Assembly (NCBI GenBank): GCA_000092065.1
Contig: CP000588.1
Strand: one strand, 5' to 3'
DNA from: Ostreococcus lucimarinus
Lineage: Eukaryota
DNA: 64,000 nt
Shown piece by piece: positions 18,594 through 27,171 of this stretch (its first letter is position 1; every line of letters begins with the position of its first letter). The notes below the pieces were generated by a model. That model saw only the letters and a list, made by a program, of their open reading frames with translations, was not told the DNA's origin and did no database searches. The translations under genes and the position numbers were made by a program.

Positions 18594-20453
18594 GATTCCG
18601 AAAGAAAACCGTCGCGAACGACGACGGCGGACATCGCGAGCGCGCCGACGTTCCGTCCGACGCTCGAGGAGTTCGCGGACCCGATCGCGTACCTGTCGTC
18701 GATCGAGGCGCGCGCGCGCGAAGCGGGGATATGCAAGGTGATACCGCCGCGAGGCGCGGCGCCGAGGTGGAACGGCGAGGCGTGGAGGCGAGACGACGCG
18801 CGATTCGAGACGAAATTGCAGAACGTACACTCGCTGAGCGAGGGAAGGACGTTTCAGTTCGGGAAGGAGTACGCGAAAGGGGAGTACGAGGCGATGGCGA
18901 AGGCGTATGAGGAACGGTGGGCGAAGGAACGTCCGGACGTCGACGCGAACGACGCGAACGCGCTGGAGCGAGCGTTTTGGGATATGGTGGAGACGCGGAG
19001 CGAGCAGGCGCGAGTCGAGTACGGGAATGATTTAGATACCAAGATTTTCGGTACCGGGTTCGGGGTGGACGAAAACGGGGAGAAGCATCCGTGGGATTTC
19101 GAGCATTTGTACTCGCATCCGCTTAATTTATTGCGCGTCGTCGAGCACGACATTCCGGGACTCACCAAGCCTTGGTTGTATCTTGGCATGCTTTTCGCCA
19201 CGTTTTGCTGGCACGTTGAGGATCATTTCTTGTGTTCGCTTAACTATTTGCATCGCGGGGCGGCGAAGACGTGGTACGGTGTGCCAGGAAGCGACGCGGA
19301 GGCGTTCGAGAATTGCGCTCGGGCGACGGTGCCGCGCCTATTCGAGCAAGCGCCAGATATTTTACATCAAATCGTCACGATCGTCCCACCTGGAGTATTG
19401 GTAGATCATGGCGTCAAGGTCGTGCACACGGTGCAACAGCCTGGGGAGTTTGTCGTGACGTTCCCTCGTGCTTACCACGCCGGGTTTTCCCACGGTTTCA
19501 ACGTCGCCGAAGCGGTGAACTTCGGTCATGTCAACTGGCTCGATTTCGGCCGTCGAGCCATCGACGTGTACAGCACCGGATCGTTCAAACGCAACGCCGT
19601 GTTTGCACATCATCGCCTCGTTTCGCGCGCCGCCGAAACCTTCGTCGAAGTTCTGGGTAAGAACGCTCGACTGGTGAAGAGTAAAGCCATGGGCGCCATC
19701 GTATCGACGCTTCGCAAGGAGCTCGAAACGATTTTGAGCGATGAAGAAATTTATCGTGCCTCCCTCGTGCGTCGTGGATTGAACATAGAAATCGTTCAAG
19801 CACCTAACGAGGACGACGATGCGTGCTGTATTCGCTGCAAAGCGATGCCGTTTCTCTCCGTCGTGCGATGCAAGTGTCTACCGACGGCGGTGCGATGCCT
19901 TCGACACGCCATGGACGCTTGTGATTGCGCGGCGGGGGAGAGAACCTTAGAGATTCGCGTGGTTGATTCACGACTTCGCGAGCTCATTAAAGCACTGTTC
20001 TTCGGTGACGGCATACAAACCAAGAACGACGCCGCGAAAGCGCGCGTAGATTTCTCGGCCAATGTGAACAGAGTCGCCGTCAATCGAGCGCCGCCGCCCA
20101 AGCCGAAAGTCGTCCTTCCAAAGCCGAAAACCGTAAAACCGCCGCCGACGCGAGCGGTACTCGCGTCTCCACCCCCCACGCGCATCGTCGCATCGAAAGC
20201 CGACGATGCTTTCACCGCGCGCGGTCTTCCGCGCAAGCGAGCCAAGTGCGAAACCCGGCGGCGCTGGACCGCCGAGATGGTCGCCGACTTCGAAGTCGCC
20301 GTCGAGCGCCTGGGCGGCGTCGACGCGGCGACGGGCAAAAAGCTCGCCGAAGCGTTATCCGCGCACGACGTCACGCGAGACCAATGCGCGAGTCGCTTGC
20401 AAAAGCACCGCGAGAAAATCAAATCAAACGCGGACGCGCGCGCAACCTTGTAA
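18594..20453 (+). CDS. JmjN/JmjC histone lysine demethylase with C5HC2 zinc finger and C-terminal Myb/SANT-like domain (KDM5/JMJ14-like); main exon, 5' end unresolved
   Basis: JmjN PTFRPTLEEFADPIAYLSSIEARAREAGICKVIPP. JmjC core WLYLGMLFATFCWHVEDHFLCSLNYLHRGAAKTWYGVP...FVVTFPRAYHAGFSHGFNVAEAVNF (Fe-binding HxE...H). C5HC2 finger CCIRCKAMPFLSVVRCKCLPTAVRCLRHAMDACDC. C-terminal RRRWTAEMVADFEVAVERLGG...LQKHREK is Myb/SANT-like. The JmjN is in frame upstream of the track start (GTG 18738), but there is no in-frame ATG back to the stop at 18453-18455, so a 5' intron is inferred. Confidence 0.85.
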   Translation, partial: DSERKPSRTTTADIASAPTFRPTLEEFADPIAYLSSIEARAREAGICKVIPPRGAAPRWNGEAWRRDDARFETKLQNVHSLSEGRTFQFGKEYAKGEYEAMAKAYEERWAKERPDVDANDANALERAFWDMVETRSEQARVEYGNDLDTKIFGTGFGVDENGEKHPWDFEHLYSHPLNLLRVVEHDIPGLTKPWLYLGMLFATFCWHVEDHFLCSLNYLHRGAAKTWYGVPGSDAEAFENCARATVPRLFEQAPDILHQIVTIVPPGVLVDHGVKVVHTVQQPGEFVVTFPRAYHAGFSHGFNVAEAVNFGHVNWLDFGRRAIDVYSTGSFKRNAVFAHHRLVSRAAETFVEVLGKNARLVKSKAMGAIVSTLRKELETILSDEEIYRASLVRRGLNIEIVQAPNEDDDACCIRCKAMPFLSVVRCKCLPTAVRCLRHAMDACDCAAGERTLEIRVVDSRLRELIKALFFGDGIQTKNDAAKARVDFSANVNRVAVNRAPPPKPKVVLPKPKTVKPPPTRAVLASPPPTRIVASKADDAFTARGLPRKRAKCETRRRWTAEMVADFEVAVERLGGVDAATGKKLAEALSAHDVTRDQCASRLQKHREKIKSNADARATL

Positions 20454-20489
20454 TGTTATTCCCTCGCCCCGCGCAGCGCGCGTTACAGC

Positions 20490-22166
20490 ATGGCGTCCAA
20501 ACGACCCCGCGGCGACGCCACCGACGCGTCCACGCCTCGAGCGCGCGTCTCCGAGGAAGACGCGCGCGCCCCAGTCTCCCTCAAGTCCCTGCTCGAGCGA
20601 TGGAACCTCGGCGACGTCGTAAACACCGCCGGCGTGTCGCGTCGAATAAAGTGTCGACTCGTCCCGGTGTGTCGAACGAAGGACGACGAGCGCGCGCGCA
20701 TCGCTCGAGGCGAGCCGGTGATATGCGCGAGCGCAGAGTACGCGTCCGAAGTGTTCGACGCGATCGGGACGGCGCGCGACGGCCTCGCGTGGGCGACGCG
20801 GTCGAGTTTCTCAAACTTTGACGCCGAGCGCGGCAAGGTGGCCATGCGAAGCGGTTGGGGCGCGCCGGGGACGCACGTGCTGAGCAATCGAGACATGACG
20901 ATCGTGACGTCGTTCGCCGAGGTCGTCGACCCGGCGAATGAAAAGCCGCTGAATTTACAAATGTTTCATCGCGAGGACACCGCGGTGCCGGTGTTGTCGA
21001 GGAAATTGAAGTGGCCGAGCGAGGAGGAATTTTTTGGAATCGAAGGCGAAGACGCGCCGGGGAGGCTTTTAGACGACGCGACGCGCGTGAGCGCGAGAGG
21101 GGCGATGACGTGGTGGCACTTGGATGACTGTGGGGAGTTTGTGTGTCAAGTCGGGTTGCCCGAGGCGGGGGAGGCGGCGGAGGACGTGTTGCTCGGGCCG
21201 ACGGGGAAACCCGTGGTGAAGTTGTTCATTTTCGCCCAGAGGAAAGACTACGCGTGGGTGGCGCAAGACGCAGAGATGAATAAATCTTACAAAAATTGCG
21301 CACTGGATCTTTTCGATACGCCGGATCATTATTATCCCACGGCGAGCGAGATGTGCCACCCATCGAGCGCGCCGCTTGACGTTTCGTCGCCAAAGGCGTT
21401 CGACGGCGCCGCGACGAGCGACGACGCCGAAGATCCATGTCCAACGTTTTGGGTCGCTCCGCTCGAGGCTGGAGGGCCACCTTTATTATCACCTCCCAAT
21501 ATCATACACTGTGTGCTCACCGTACGCGACTGCGTGATGTGTGAAGAGCGCCGGCTTTCGCTGGCGTACATGGATGAAGTGTTGTACTTTCAGCGACGCG
21601 CGGCGAGATGGTGCGAACCACCCATCTTCTACGCTTTCGTTCGTGAAGATTTGAGCGACACGGAGAAGGCTAGGTCGAACGCGATGCGGCCACTCGTGAA
21701 GATGCTGAATGACTTGAAGCGCGTTGGCGCGACAGACGGCGACGCGTATCGCTTTGCGCGGTGTTTAACGTCGTTGCGAGTTTTGGCGAATCATTCGCCC
21801 GAATTCTACGCACTCGACGCAGATGGCGTCGCCGAGGCTCGTAAAAGCATCGACAAGCTCGAGTCTTGGTTGGCTGACGACTCAAACTGTGAGTTCGTCG
21901 AGAAAATTCAAGCCGCGGTAAAGGCGGATCCGCGAGCGGTGGAGGACGCAGAACTCGCAGAGTCTATGATGAGCGAAACACTTGGCGTGCTCAATCTCGC
22001 CGACGGACGATCGTGCGCCGTCGTTCACGAGCGTGGTCGACCTCGCTGGGGCCCGGTGCGCAACTCCAAGTCGCTCGTAGACAAGGACCGAAAAGATATG
22101 AAGAATGCGATTCGTTCGGGAACGCTCGACGCGCTTCTCCTCGCGTATCGCCGCGACATCATCTAA
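20490..22166 (+). CDS. hypothetical protein, possibly a divergent cupin/JmjC-like fold
   Basis: 558-aa ORF from ATG 20490 (MASKRPRGD...). Segment AMTWWHLDDCGEFVCQVGL...GKPVVKLFIFAQRKDYAWV...PPNIIHCVLTVRD loosely resembles the JmjC/cupin pattern T.WH.ED...K.W...H. Similarity is weak; treat as hypothetical. Confidence 0.45.
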   Translation: MASKRPRGDATDASTPRARVSEEDARAPVSLKSLLERWNLGDVVNTAGVSRRIKCRLVPVCRTKDDERARIARGEPVICASAEYASEVFDAIGTARDGLAWATRSSFSNFDAERGKVAMRSGWGAPGTHVLSNRDMTIVTSFAEVVDPANEKPLNLQMFHREDTAVPVLSRKLKWPSEEEFFGIEGEDAPGRLLDDATRVSARGAMTWWHLDDCGEFVCQVGLPEAGEAAEDVLLGPTGKPVVKLFIFAQRKDYAWVAQDAEMNKSYKNCALDLFDTPDHYYPTASEMCHPSSAPLDVSSPKAFDGAATSDDAEDPCPTFWVAPLEAGGPPLLSPPNIIHCVLTVRDCVMCEERRLSLAYMDEVLYFQRRAARWCEPPIFYAFVREDLSDTEKARSNAMRPLVKMLNDLKRVGATDGDAYRFARCLTSLRVLANHSPEFYALDADGVAEARKSIDKLESWLADDSNCEFVEKIQAAVKADPRAVEDAELAESMMSETLGVLNLADGRSCAVVHERGRPRWGPVRNSKSLVDKDRKDMKNAIRSGTLDALLLAYRRDII

Positions 22167-22185
22167 TCTAGAAACTAGCGATAGA

Positions 22186-23244
22186 CTACATATTAGAGCT
22201 ACTAGCTTTAGAAGCTTCGGCGCGCTCGAAAACATCGCGAACGAGCGCCGCAATTTCGTCGCCGTGACTGCGCAAGCCGTCGTGCGCGACGCCCGGAAGG
22301 ATGACGAAAAAATCACAATACCGTTCCCACGAGCGCACCACGCGACGCGGCGCGGCAAAATCACAGTCACCCTCAATCATGCCGCAATACCACGTCCGAT
22401 TCGCATCCTTCAAAACATCCATCGCGCCGTTTTCGTGGCCGTCCACGACGCAGTGCACCCAACACTCGGCGTCCAGGCGGCTCAAATGCGCGAAAAACGG
22501 CGCGAATGCCGCGTATGAACTCTTCAAATAGCCCAGCACTCGCGACAGCGCCCACACAAATCGAGGAAACGTCGCCGCGAAGCGAAGCGACGCCCCGACG
22601 ACGGCGCTCGTTGCTTTCAAACCGACGACGCGTTTCGCGATGGACACGACGACGTCGGCGCCTCGACGCCCGACGAGCCCGTCGAGAATGCGCTCGGGCG
22701 TCCCCAGCAAGCTCACGTGACAACGAATGACAGCAGGTCTGCATCGAATCATCTCGAGCGCCACCTGCGTGCCGTACGAGTACGACACCAAATCGACGTC
22801 TCGTTCGCGCTCGACGCCGCTCCTCGAGCAAAACTCATCGACGCACGCCCACGCATCCTTCGCGAACGCTTTCGCGCTCACGAGGGCGTAATCGCGTGGA
22901 TTCTCGCTGCACCCGTGCCCTCTGAAATCAAACTCCAGCGCGCATCGCCCGCGCGCGACGCACTCGTCCGCGAGGCGCACGAGCTGGAAATTTTCATTGC
23001 TCAGCCCGTTCACGAACACCGTGACGCCCGACGCGCGCGCGCCCGGACGGCGACCGCGGTAGGCGATCAACGTTCCATCCTCCCCGGGAACCCTTCCCGG
23101 GAACTCGCGCGCCATGCGCGGCGGTGTGCGGGCGTTCGTTTGGAAAATTGTTTGCCATGTTTTACAAGAAGAAGCGTCATACTCATACAAAAGTCGTGCG
23201 ACCGACGCCTCGGCGTCGATCGCGCATAAAAAGTACAGGCGCAT
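22186..23244 (-). CDS. alpha/beta-hydrolase fold protein
   Basis: GVTVFVNGLSNENFQLVRLADECVARGRCALEFDFRGHGCS...DVDLVSYSYGTQVALEMI (HG oxyanion region and GxSxG-like nucleophile elbow SYSYG). ATG at 23242-23244; an alternative in-frame ATG at 23113-23115 (MAREFPG...) may be the true start because the upstream 40 codons are low-GC and UTR-like. Confidence 0.7.
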   Translation of the reverse strand: MRLYFLCAIDAEASVARLLYEYDASSCKTWQTIFQTNARTPPRMAREFPGRVPGEDGTLIAYRGRRPGARASGVTVFVNGLSNENFQLVRLADECVARGRCALEFDFRGHGCSENPRDYALVSAKAFAKDAWACVDEFCSRSGVERERDVDLVSYSYGTQVALEMIRCRPAVIRCHVSLLGTPERILDGLVGRRGADVVVSIAKRVVGLKATSAVVGASLRFAATFPRFVWALSRVLGYLKSSYAAFAPFFAHLSRLDAECWVHCVVDGHENGAMDVLKDANRTWYCGMIEGDCDFAAPRRVVRSWERYCDFFVILPGVAHDGLRSHGDEIAALVRDVFERAEASKASSSNM

Positions 23245-23932
23245 TTCGCGCGCACATATTAATCCTCAACCATCATACACTCGCCGTCGCCGTCGCCGTC
23301 GCCGTCGTCGCCGCTCGTTCGCTCGTCTCGTCGCCGCGAGCGTCTCCGCGTCCGCGTCCGCGCGCGCGCCCGCCGTCCTCATCGCGCGCGTTCATCGTCG
23401 GAATCGCACGTCATCGTCCGCGTTTCGTCCTCGTCCGCGCTCTCTCGATCGCGTCGCCGCATCGACAGCGACACGACGTCTTCGCACCGCACGCGCGCCC
23501 TCGCGTGCGTCCCGAGCGCGCCTCGCAGCGCCTCCATCGCGAACGCTCGCTCGCGCGCGTCCACGCCCGCGAACCGCGCGTTCGCGCACGGCTCGCGATC
23601 GCCCACGAGCGTGATGTCGCACTCGCGTCCGACGAGATCGTCCCAGACGGCGAGCGCGCGCAGCTTGAGAAAGACGCGACACGCCGCGAGCGCGTCGGCG
23701 TCGTCGGCGTCGGCGTCGGCGGCGGCGGCGGCGCGCGCGCGCGTCGGACTCATGCGACGCGGCGGCGACGCGGGTCGGTCGTCGACGGCGATTCGCGCGC
23801 GCGGCGCGGAGTGCGGACGCGGCGGCGCGGCGCGAGGGCGCGATCGCGAAAAAGTGCACCGCGCGATTGACACGCTGGCGGTTGAGATATTTCGCGCGAC
23901 GGAGCGGCTTTGATTATATTATAAACGACGCG

Positions 23933-25303
23933 TTAACGCGAGACGGCGGACTCGAGGGCGCGCTTGGTGGCGAAGACGACGTCCATGACGTCCTCGACGA
24001 CCTTGTCCGGCGTGGACGCGCCCGAGGTGATGCCGATGACGACGTCGCCGGCGGGGAGCCAACCGTCGGTGGTGACGAGCTCGCCGTGGGCGAGCTTGTG
24101 GGAGATGGAGTTGGTGTCGGCGTTTAAGCGATCGGCGGTGTCGACCCAGTAGCTCGGAATGGCTTTGTCTTCGCTGATCTCTTGTAAGTGTTGGGTGTTG
24201 GAGGAGTTCAAGCCGCCGACGACGAGCATGATGTCGGGCTTGGCGTCGACGAGCTTGTACATGGCGTCTTGACGCTCTTGCGTCGCGTCGCAAATGGTGT
24301 CCATGACGACAAAGTGTTGGTCGACGTTTTCAACGCCGAATTTTTCCATCATGGTGGACTGGAACAACTTTCCGATCGCCTCGGTCTCGCCCTTGAGCAT
24401 GGTGGTCTGGTTGGCGATGCCGACGCCGTCGAGGTCTTCGTCGGGGTCGAAGCCTTGGGACATGGCGTTTTTAAACTTTTCCATAAACTCCGCCTTATCG
24501 CCGCCCTTCAAAATGTAATCGCGCACGTAGTTCGCTTCCCTCATATCCTTGACGATCAAGTACGTCGTCGCGAAACTCGCCGTCGCCACCGTCTCCTCGT
24601 GGCTATACTTGCCGTGAATGATCGACGTAAAGTCCTTTCGCTTGTGCGTGTCCACGGCGTTCCAAACCTTGCTCACCCACGGGCACGTCGTATCGACGAT
24701 GTTCGCCCCTTTATCCGCCAGAAACTTCATCTCGTGCACACTCGCGCCGAACGCGGGCAAAATAACCACCTCTCCGCGCTTCACTCCACTGAAATCCTTT
24801 CCGTCGCTCGTCTCCTCGACAAAGTTCACCCCCATCTCGCTCAGCCGGTCGTTCACCGTCGGGTTGTGAATGATTTCATTCGTGATCCACAGCTTCGCCT
24901 CCGGGAACTGTTTCCTCGCCTCGTACGCCATCTGCACCGCGCGTTCGACGCCCCAGCAGAACCCGTACGCGTCCGCCAGCTTAAACGTGATCCCGTCCTC
25001 GACGTACGACAACCCGTTCTCCTTCATCTTCGCCACCAACCCAGTCTTGCTGTACGAGATCCCATCGTTCGCCATCTTCGTCGCCGCCTCTTCGTCGTTC
25101 AGGAACTTTCGGCTGTACTGCGACGTTCGTCCGAGGTCACGGCGGTACTCTCGCGGGTCGAACGGCAGATTCGGCGCCGCGTTCGTGCGCGTCGTCGTCG
25201 CGCGTCGCGTCGAGGGCGTCTTGATTCGCGATCCATTCGCGCGCGCGTCGGGCGCGCGACCGATCGCGGCGGTCGCGGACGTCGGTGAGCGGTGCGCGAG
25301 CAT
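23933..25303 (-). CDS. ISPH: 4-hydroxy-3-methylbut-2-enyl diphosphate reductase (IspH/HDR, plastid MEP pathway) with transit peptide
   Basis: LVAKMKENGLSYVEDGITFKLADAYGFCWGVERAVQMAYEARKQFPE...ILPAFGASVHEMKFLADKGANIVDTTCPWVSKVWNAVD...GKYSHEETVATASFA...LIVKDMREANYV is plant-type IspH/LytB with the conserved Fe-S Cys residues. N-terminal MLAHRSPTSATAAIGRAPDARANGSRIKTPSTRRATTTRTNAAP is transit-peptide-like. Confidence 0.9.
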   Translation of the reverse strand: MLAHRSPTSATAAIGRAPDARANGSRIKTPSTRRATTTRTNAAPNLPFDPREYRRDLGRTSQYSRKFLNDEEAATKMANDGISYSKTGLVAKMKENGLSYVEDGITFKLADAYGFCWGVERAVQMAYEARKQFPEAKLWITNEIIHNPTVNDRLSEMGVNFVEETSDGKDFSGVKRGEVVILPAFGASVHEMKFLADKGANIVDTTCPWVSKVWNAVDTHKRKDFTSIIHGKYSHEETVATASFATTYLIVKDMREANYVRDYILKGGDKAEFMEKFKNAMSQGFDPDEDLDGVGIANQTTMLKGETEAIGKLFQSTMMEKFGVENVDQHFVVMDTICDATQERQDAMYKLVDAKPDIMLVVGGLNSSNTQHLQEISEDKAIPSYWVDTADRLNADTNSISHKLAHGELVTTDGWLPAGDVVIGITSGASTPDKVVEDVMDVVFATKRALESAVSR

Positions 25304-25579
25304 CGTTTGCGTGCGCGCGCGCGCGCTGCGACTGAAGAGTGCGGTTCGGACGCGTGCGCGCGCGAATGGCGACGCGGATCCGCGTTATCCACGAGACGGC
25401 TGTTTTCGCCATCATTTGGCGAAATCTCTCGGCGCCGACGGCGCCGCCGCGGACGATGGACGCGCGACGCGCGCGGACGCGCGCGGACGCGACGCGCGAC
25501 GCTAATCTACACGCAATGTTATTACACGATCGAACGACGCGCGCTCGAGCGACGACGACGACGGACCGCCGTCGTCGGA

Positions 25580-26083
25580 CTACCGCGACGCCGCGCCGGC
25601 GGCGCGCGCGGGCACGACGACGGCGACCGCCAGCGCCTCGTTCCTCGGCCGCTCCCACTGCACGAGCCCGGTGTGCATGTTCCAATAATACGGAATCTTC
25701 TCCGCGGTCTCGCTCCTGAGCTCGCGCCAGCCGTCGGGCAGCGTCGGGGATTCGACGACGTCCGCGCGAAGCGTTCGCGTCCGCGTCCCCTTGAGCTCGC
25801 GCGGGCACTCCCACTGCACCGTCCCGCGCTCGATCTTATCGAAGTAGTACCGTCGTCCGTCGCGCGTGATCGCCTGTCCCCAGCGCTGCTCGGCTCGTCG
25901 CAGGCGCTCGGCGTCGCGCTTTTCCGCCTCGGCGACGTTCGCGATGGCTTTGGCGCGGCGAATGAGCGCCATGAAATCTTCGTCGTTCGCGTCGGTCGCG
26001 TCGTTCGCGTCGTTCGCGTCGTTCGCGTCGTCGCGGGACGCGCTCGCGCGCGCGTCGCTCGCGTCGCGCGCGTCGTCGCCCAT
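25580..26083 (-). CDS. small WW-domain protein (two WW domains) with (D-A-N)n repeat
   Basis: WW1 RDGRRYYFDKIERGTVQWECP; WW2 LPDGWRELRSETAEKIPYYWNMHTGLVQWERP. Start at ATG 26081-26083 (MGDDARD...); the 360-aa Arg-rich upstream part of the track ORF is rejected. The DANDANDANDATDAND tract is encoded by a 9-bp tandem repeat. Confidence 0.6.
   Translation of the reverse strand: MGDDARDASDARASASRDDANDANDANDATDANDEDFMALIRRAKAIANVAEAEKRDAERLRRAEQRWGQAITRDGRRYYFDKIERGTVQWECPRELKGTRTRTLRADVVESPTLPDGWRELRSETAEKIPYYWNMHTGLVQWERPRNEALAVAVVVPARAAGAASR
25982..26026. repeat. 9-bp tandem repeat (GTCGTTCGC-like, about 5 copies) encoding the (D-A-N)n tract of the WW-domain protein
   Basis: gtcgttcgc gtcggtcgc gtcgttcgc gtcgttcgc gtcgttcgc read directly. 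Minus-strand translation gives DANDANDANDATDAND. Confidence 0.9.
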
Positions 26084-26197
26084 CGCGCGCGCGGGCGTCG
26101 CGAGCGACGCGTCGAGGATTGACGTTCGATTCGCGCGCGCGCCGGCACACGCGCGCGCGCGACGTCGCGCGTCGGCGTCCCGAGCGCGCGAAGCGCC

Positions 26198-27127
26198 ATG
26201 TTGCGCCTCGCGCGGCGCGTCGCCGACCGCGCGTCGACGTCCGCGCGCGGCGTCGCGGCGACGTCGGAGGCGCGATCGATCTTTACCCTCGGCGTTCGCG
26301 ACGGCGCGCGCGCGTTCGCGACGACGACGGACGCGGACGCGCGCGAGGCGACGGAGACGCCCGAGGCGCGCGCGCGACGAACGATGCGGGACGGCGCGCG
26401 AAAGGTTCGGGAGGCGGCGGACGCGGGCGGGGCGCGCGGGGAGAGCTGGGGCTGGGTGTACGACTTGACGGAGAGCGGCGAGACGGCGGAACGGTGGGTG
26501 AATCAAGCGAACGCGCGGCTGAGCGATCGAGCGAAGACGCAGATGTACGCGATGCACGGAGAAGATCCGGTGACGTGGAGCGTGGACGCGTTGGCGGCGA
26601 AGTATCGCGTTCGAAAGCAACGCGTCGGGGCGATTTTGGCGCTGAAACGAAGAGAGGAGGAGGCTGTCAAGGCGAATAGGACGCTGTTTCACGACACGGA
26701 GGCGGCGATGGAGCGAGCGAGTGGAAGCGTGGACATCGGAACGGGGGAGCGACACGTCGCGGACGTGCCGACGATGCCGCAGTTTCAAACGGTGAGCGCT
26801 TTTGATCACGGACGAGACGCCAAGCCGAAACGTTTCGTCGAGGCGAGCGAATTGGCGCGCAAACAAGAGCGGGTTTTGGTTCGAGAGTTTTTCGAACGCT
26901 TGGAGTATAACGTGGGTGAACGCGGACAAGGTTTGCGACGCGTTAGTAGGCGTGCAAGCGCGCCGCCGCGGCCCGAGGGTGGATACGCGCTGCACGTCAC
27001 GCCTCTCGGCGACACAAACATCGAACCGTACGTGGCGTACAAAGACGGAACCCAGCGTCCGCTTAATGACGATGAGGCCGAGCATGCCCGGCAAAAGACG
27101 CCTAAGCGCCGTCGTCGCATCATCTAG
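26198..27127 (+). CDS. hypothetical protein with mitochondrial-presequence-like N-terminus
   Basis: ATG 26198, MLRLARRVADRASTSARGVAATSEARSIFTLGVR (amphipathic Arg-rich). 309 aa, GC3-biased, basic C-terminus KTPKRRRRII. Family not recognised; a mitoribosomal or other matrix protein is possible. Confidence 0.45.
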   Translation: MLRLARRVADRASTSARGVAATSEARSIFTLGVRDGARAFATTTDADAREATETPEARARRTMRDGARKVREAADAGGARGESWGWVYDLTESGETAERWVNQANARLSDRAKTQMYAMHGEDPVTWSVDALAAKYRVRKQRVGAILALKRREEEAVKANRTLFHDTEAAMERASGSVDIGTGERHVADVPTMPQFQTVSAFDHGRDAKPKRFVEASELARKQERVLVREFFERLEYNVGERGQGLRRVSRRASAPPRPEGGYALHVTPLGDTNIEPYVAYKDGTQRPLNDDEAEHARQKTPKRRRRII

Positions 27128-27171
27128 AAGTAGAAGCTCAATATATTTCAACATTCACAACATCTTCGGCG

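Noticed and set aside
17790-18830. 346-aa minus-strand ORF that is almost pure Arg/Ala (RRRRRR... runs); similar Arg-rich ORFs occur at 12332..14116(+), 12939..14090(-), 13186..14016(-), 6727..7449(-), 6785..7324(+), 30320..32428(+), 31275..32060(-), 23124..23870(+), 25522..26199(-), 55225..55923(-) and elsewhere
   Set aside because: These are compositional artefacts of extreme GC/CpG richness (CGC/GCG/CGN codons are stop-free in several frames). They lack any domain, overlap or run antisense to genes with strong conserved motifs, and have no GC3 periodicity distinct from the real gene.
23379-23873. 164-aa minus-strand ORF in the 690-bp spacer between the alpha/beta-hydrolase and IspH genes
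   Set aside because: Sequence is Arg/Ala/Asp-rich low complexity embedded in GC-rich spacer with competing ORFs in other frames and no motif. It is more likely promoter/5'-UTR DNA of the hydrolase gene. Kept only as a very weak possibility.
25982-26026. Short direct repeats and microsatellites (9-bp tandem, (ACG)n, (GTC)n, and a (GCCGTC)n-like run at about 23272..23305) considered as possible CRISPR-like arrays or transposon termini
   Set aside because: Units are 3-9 bp and perfectly tandem without spacers, and most lie inside coding sequence or at start codons. No inverted repeats, target-site duplications or transposase/RT ORFs are nearby.
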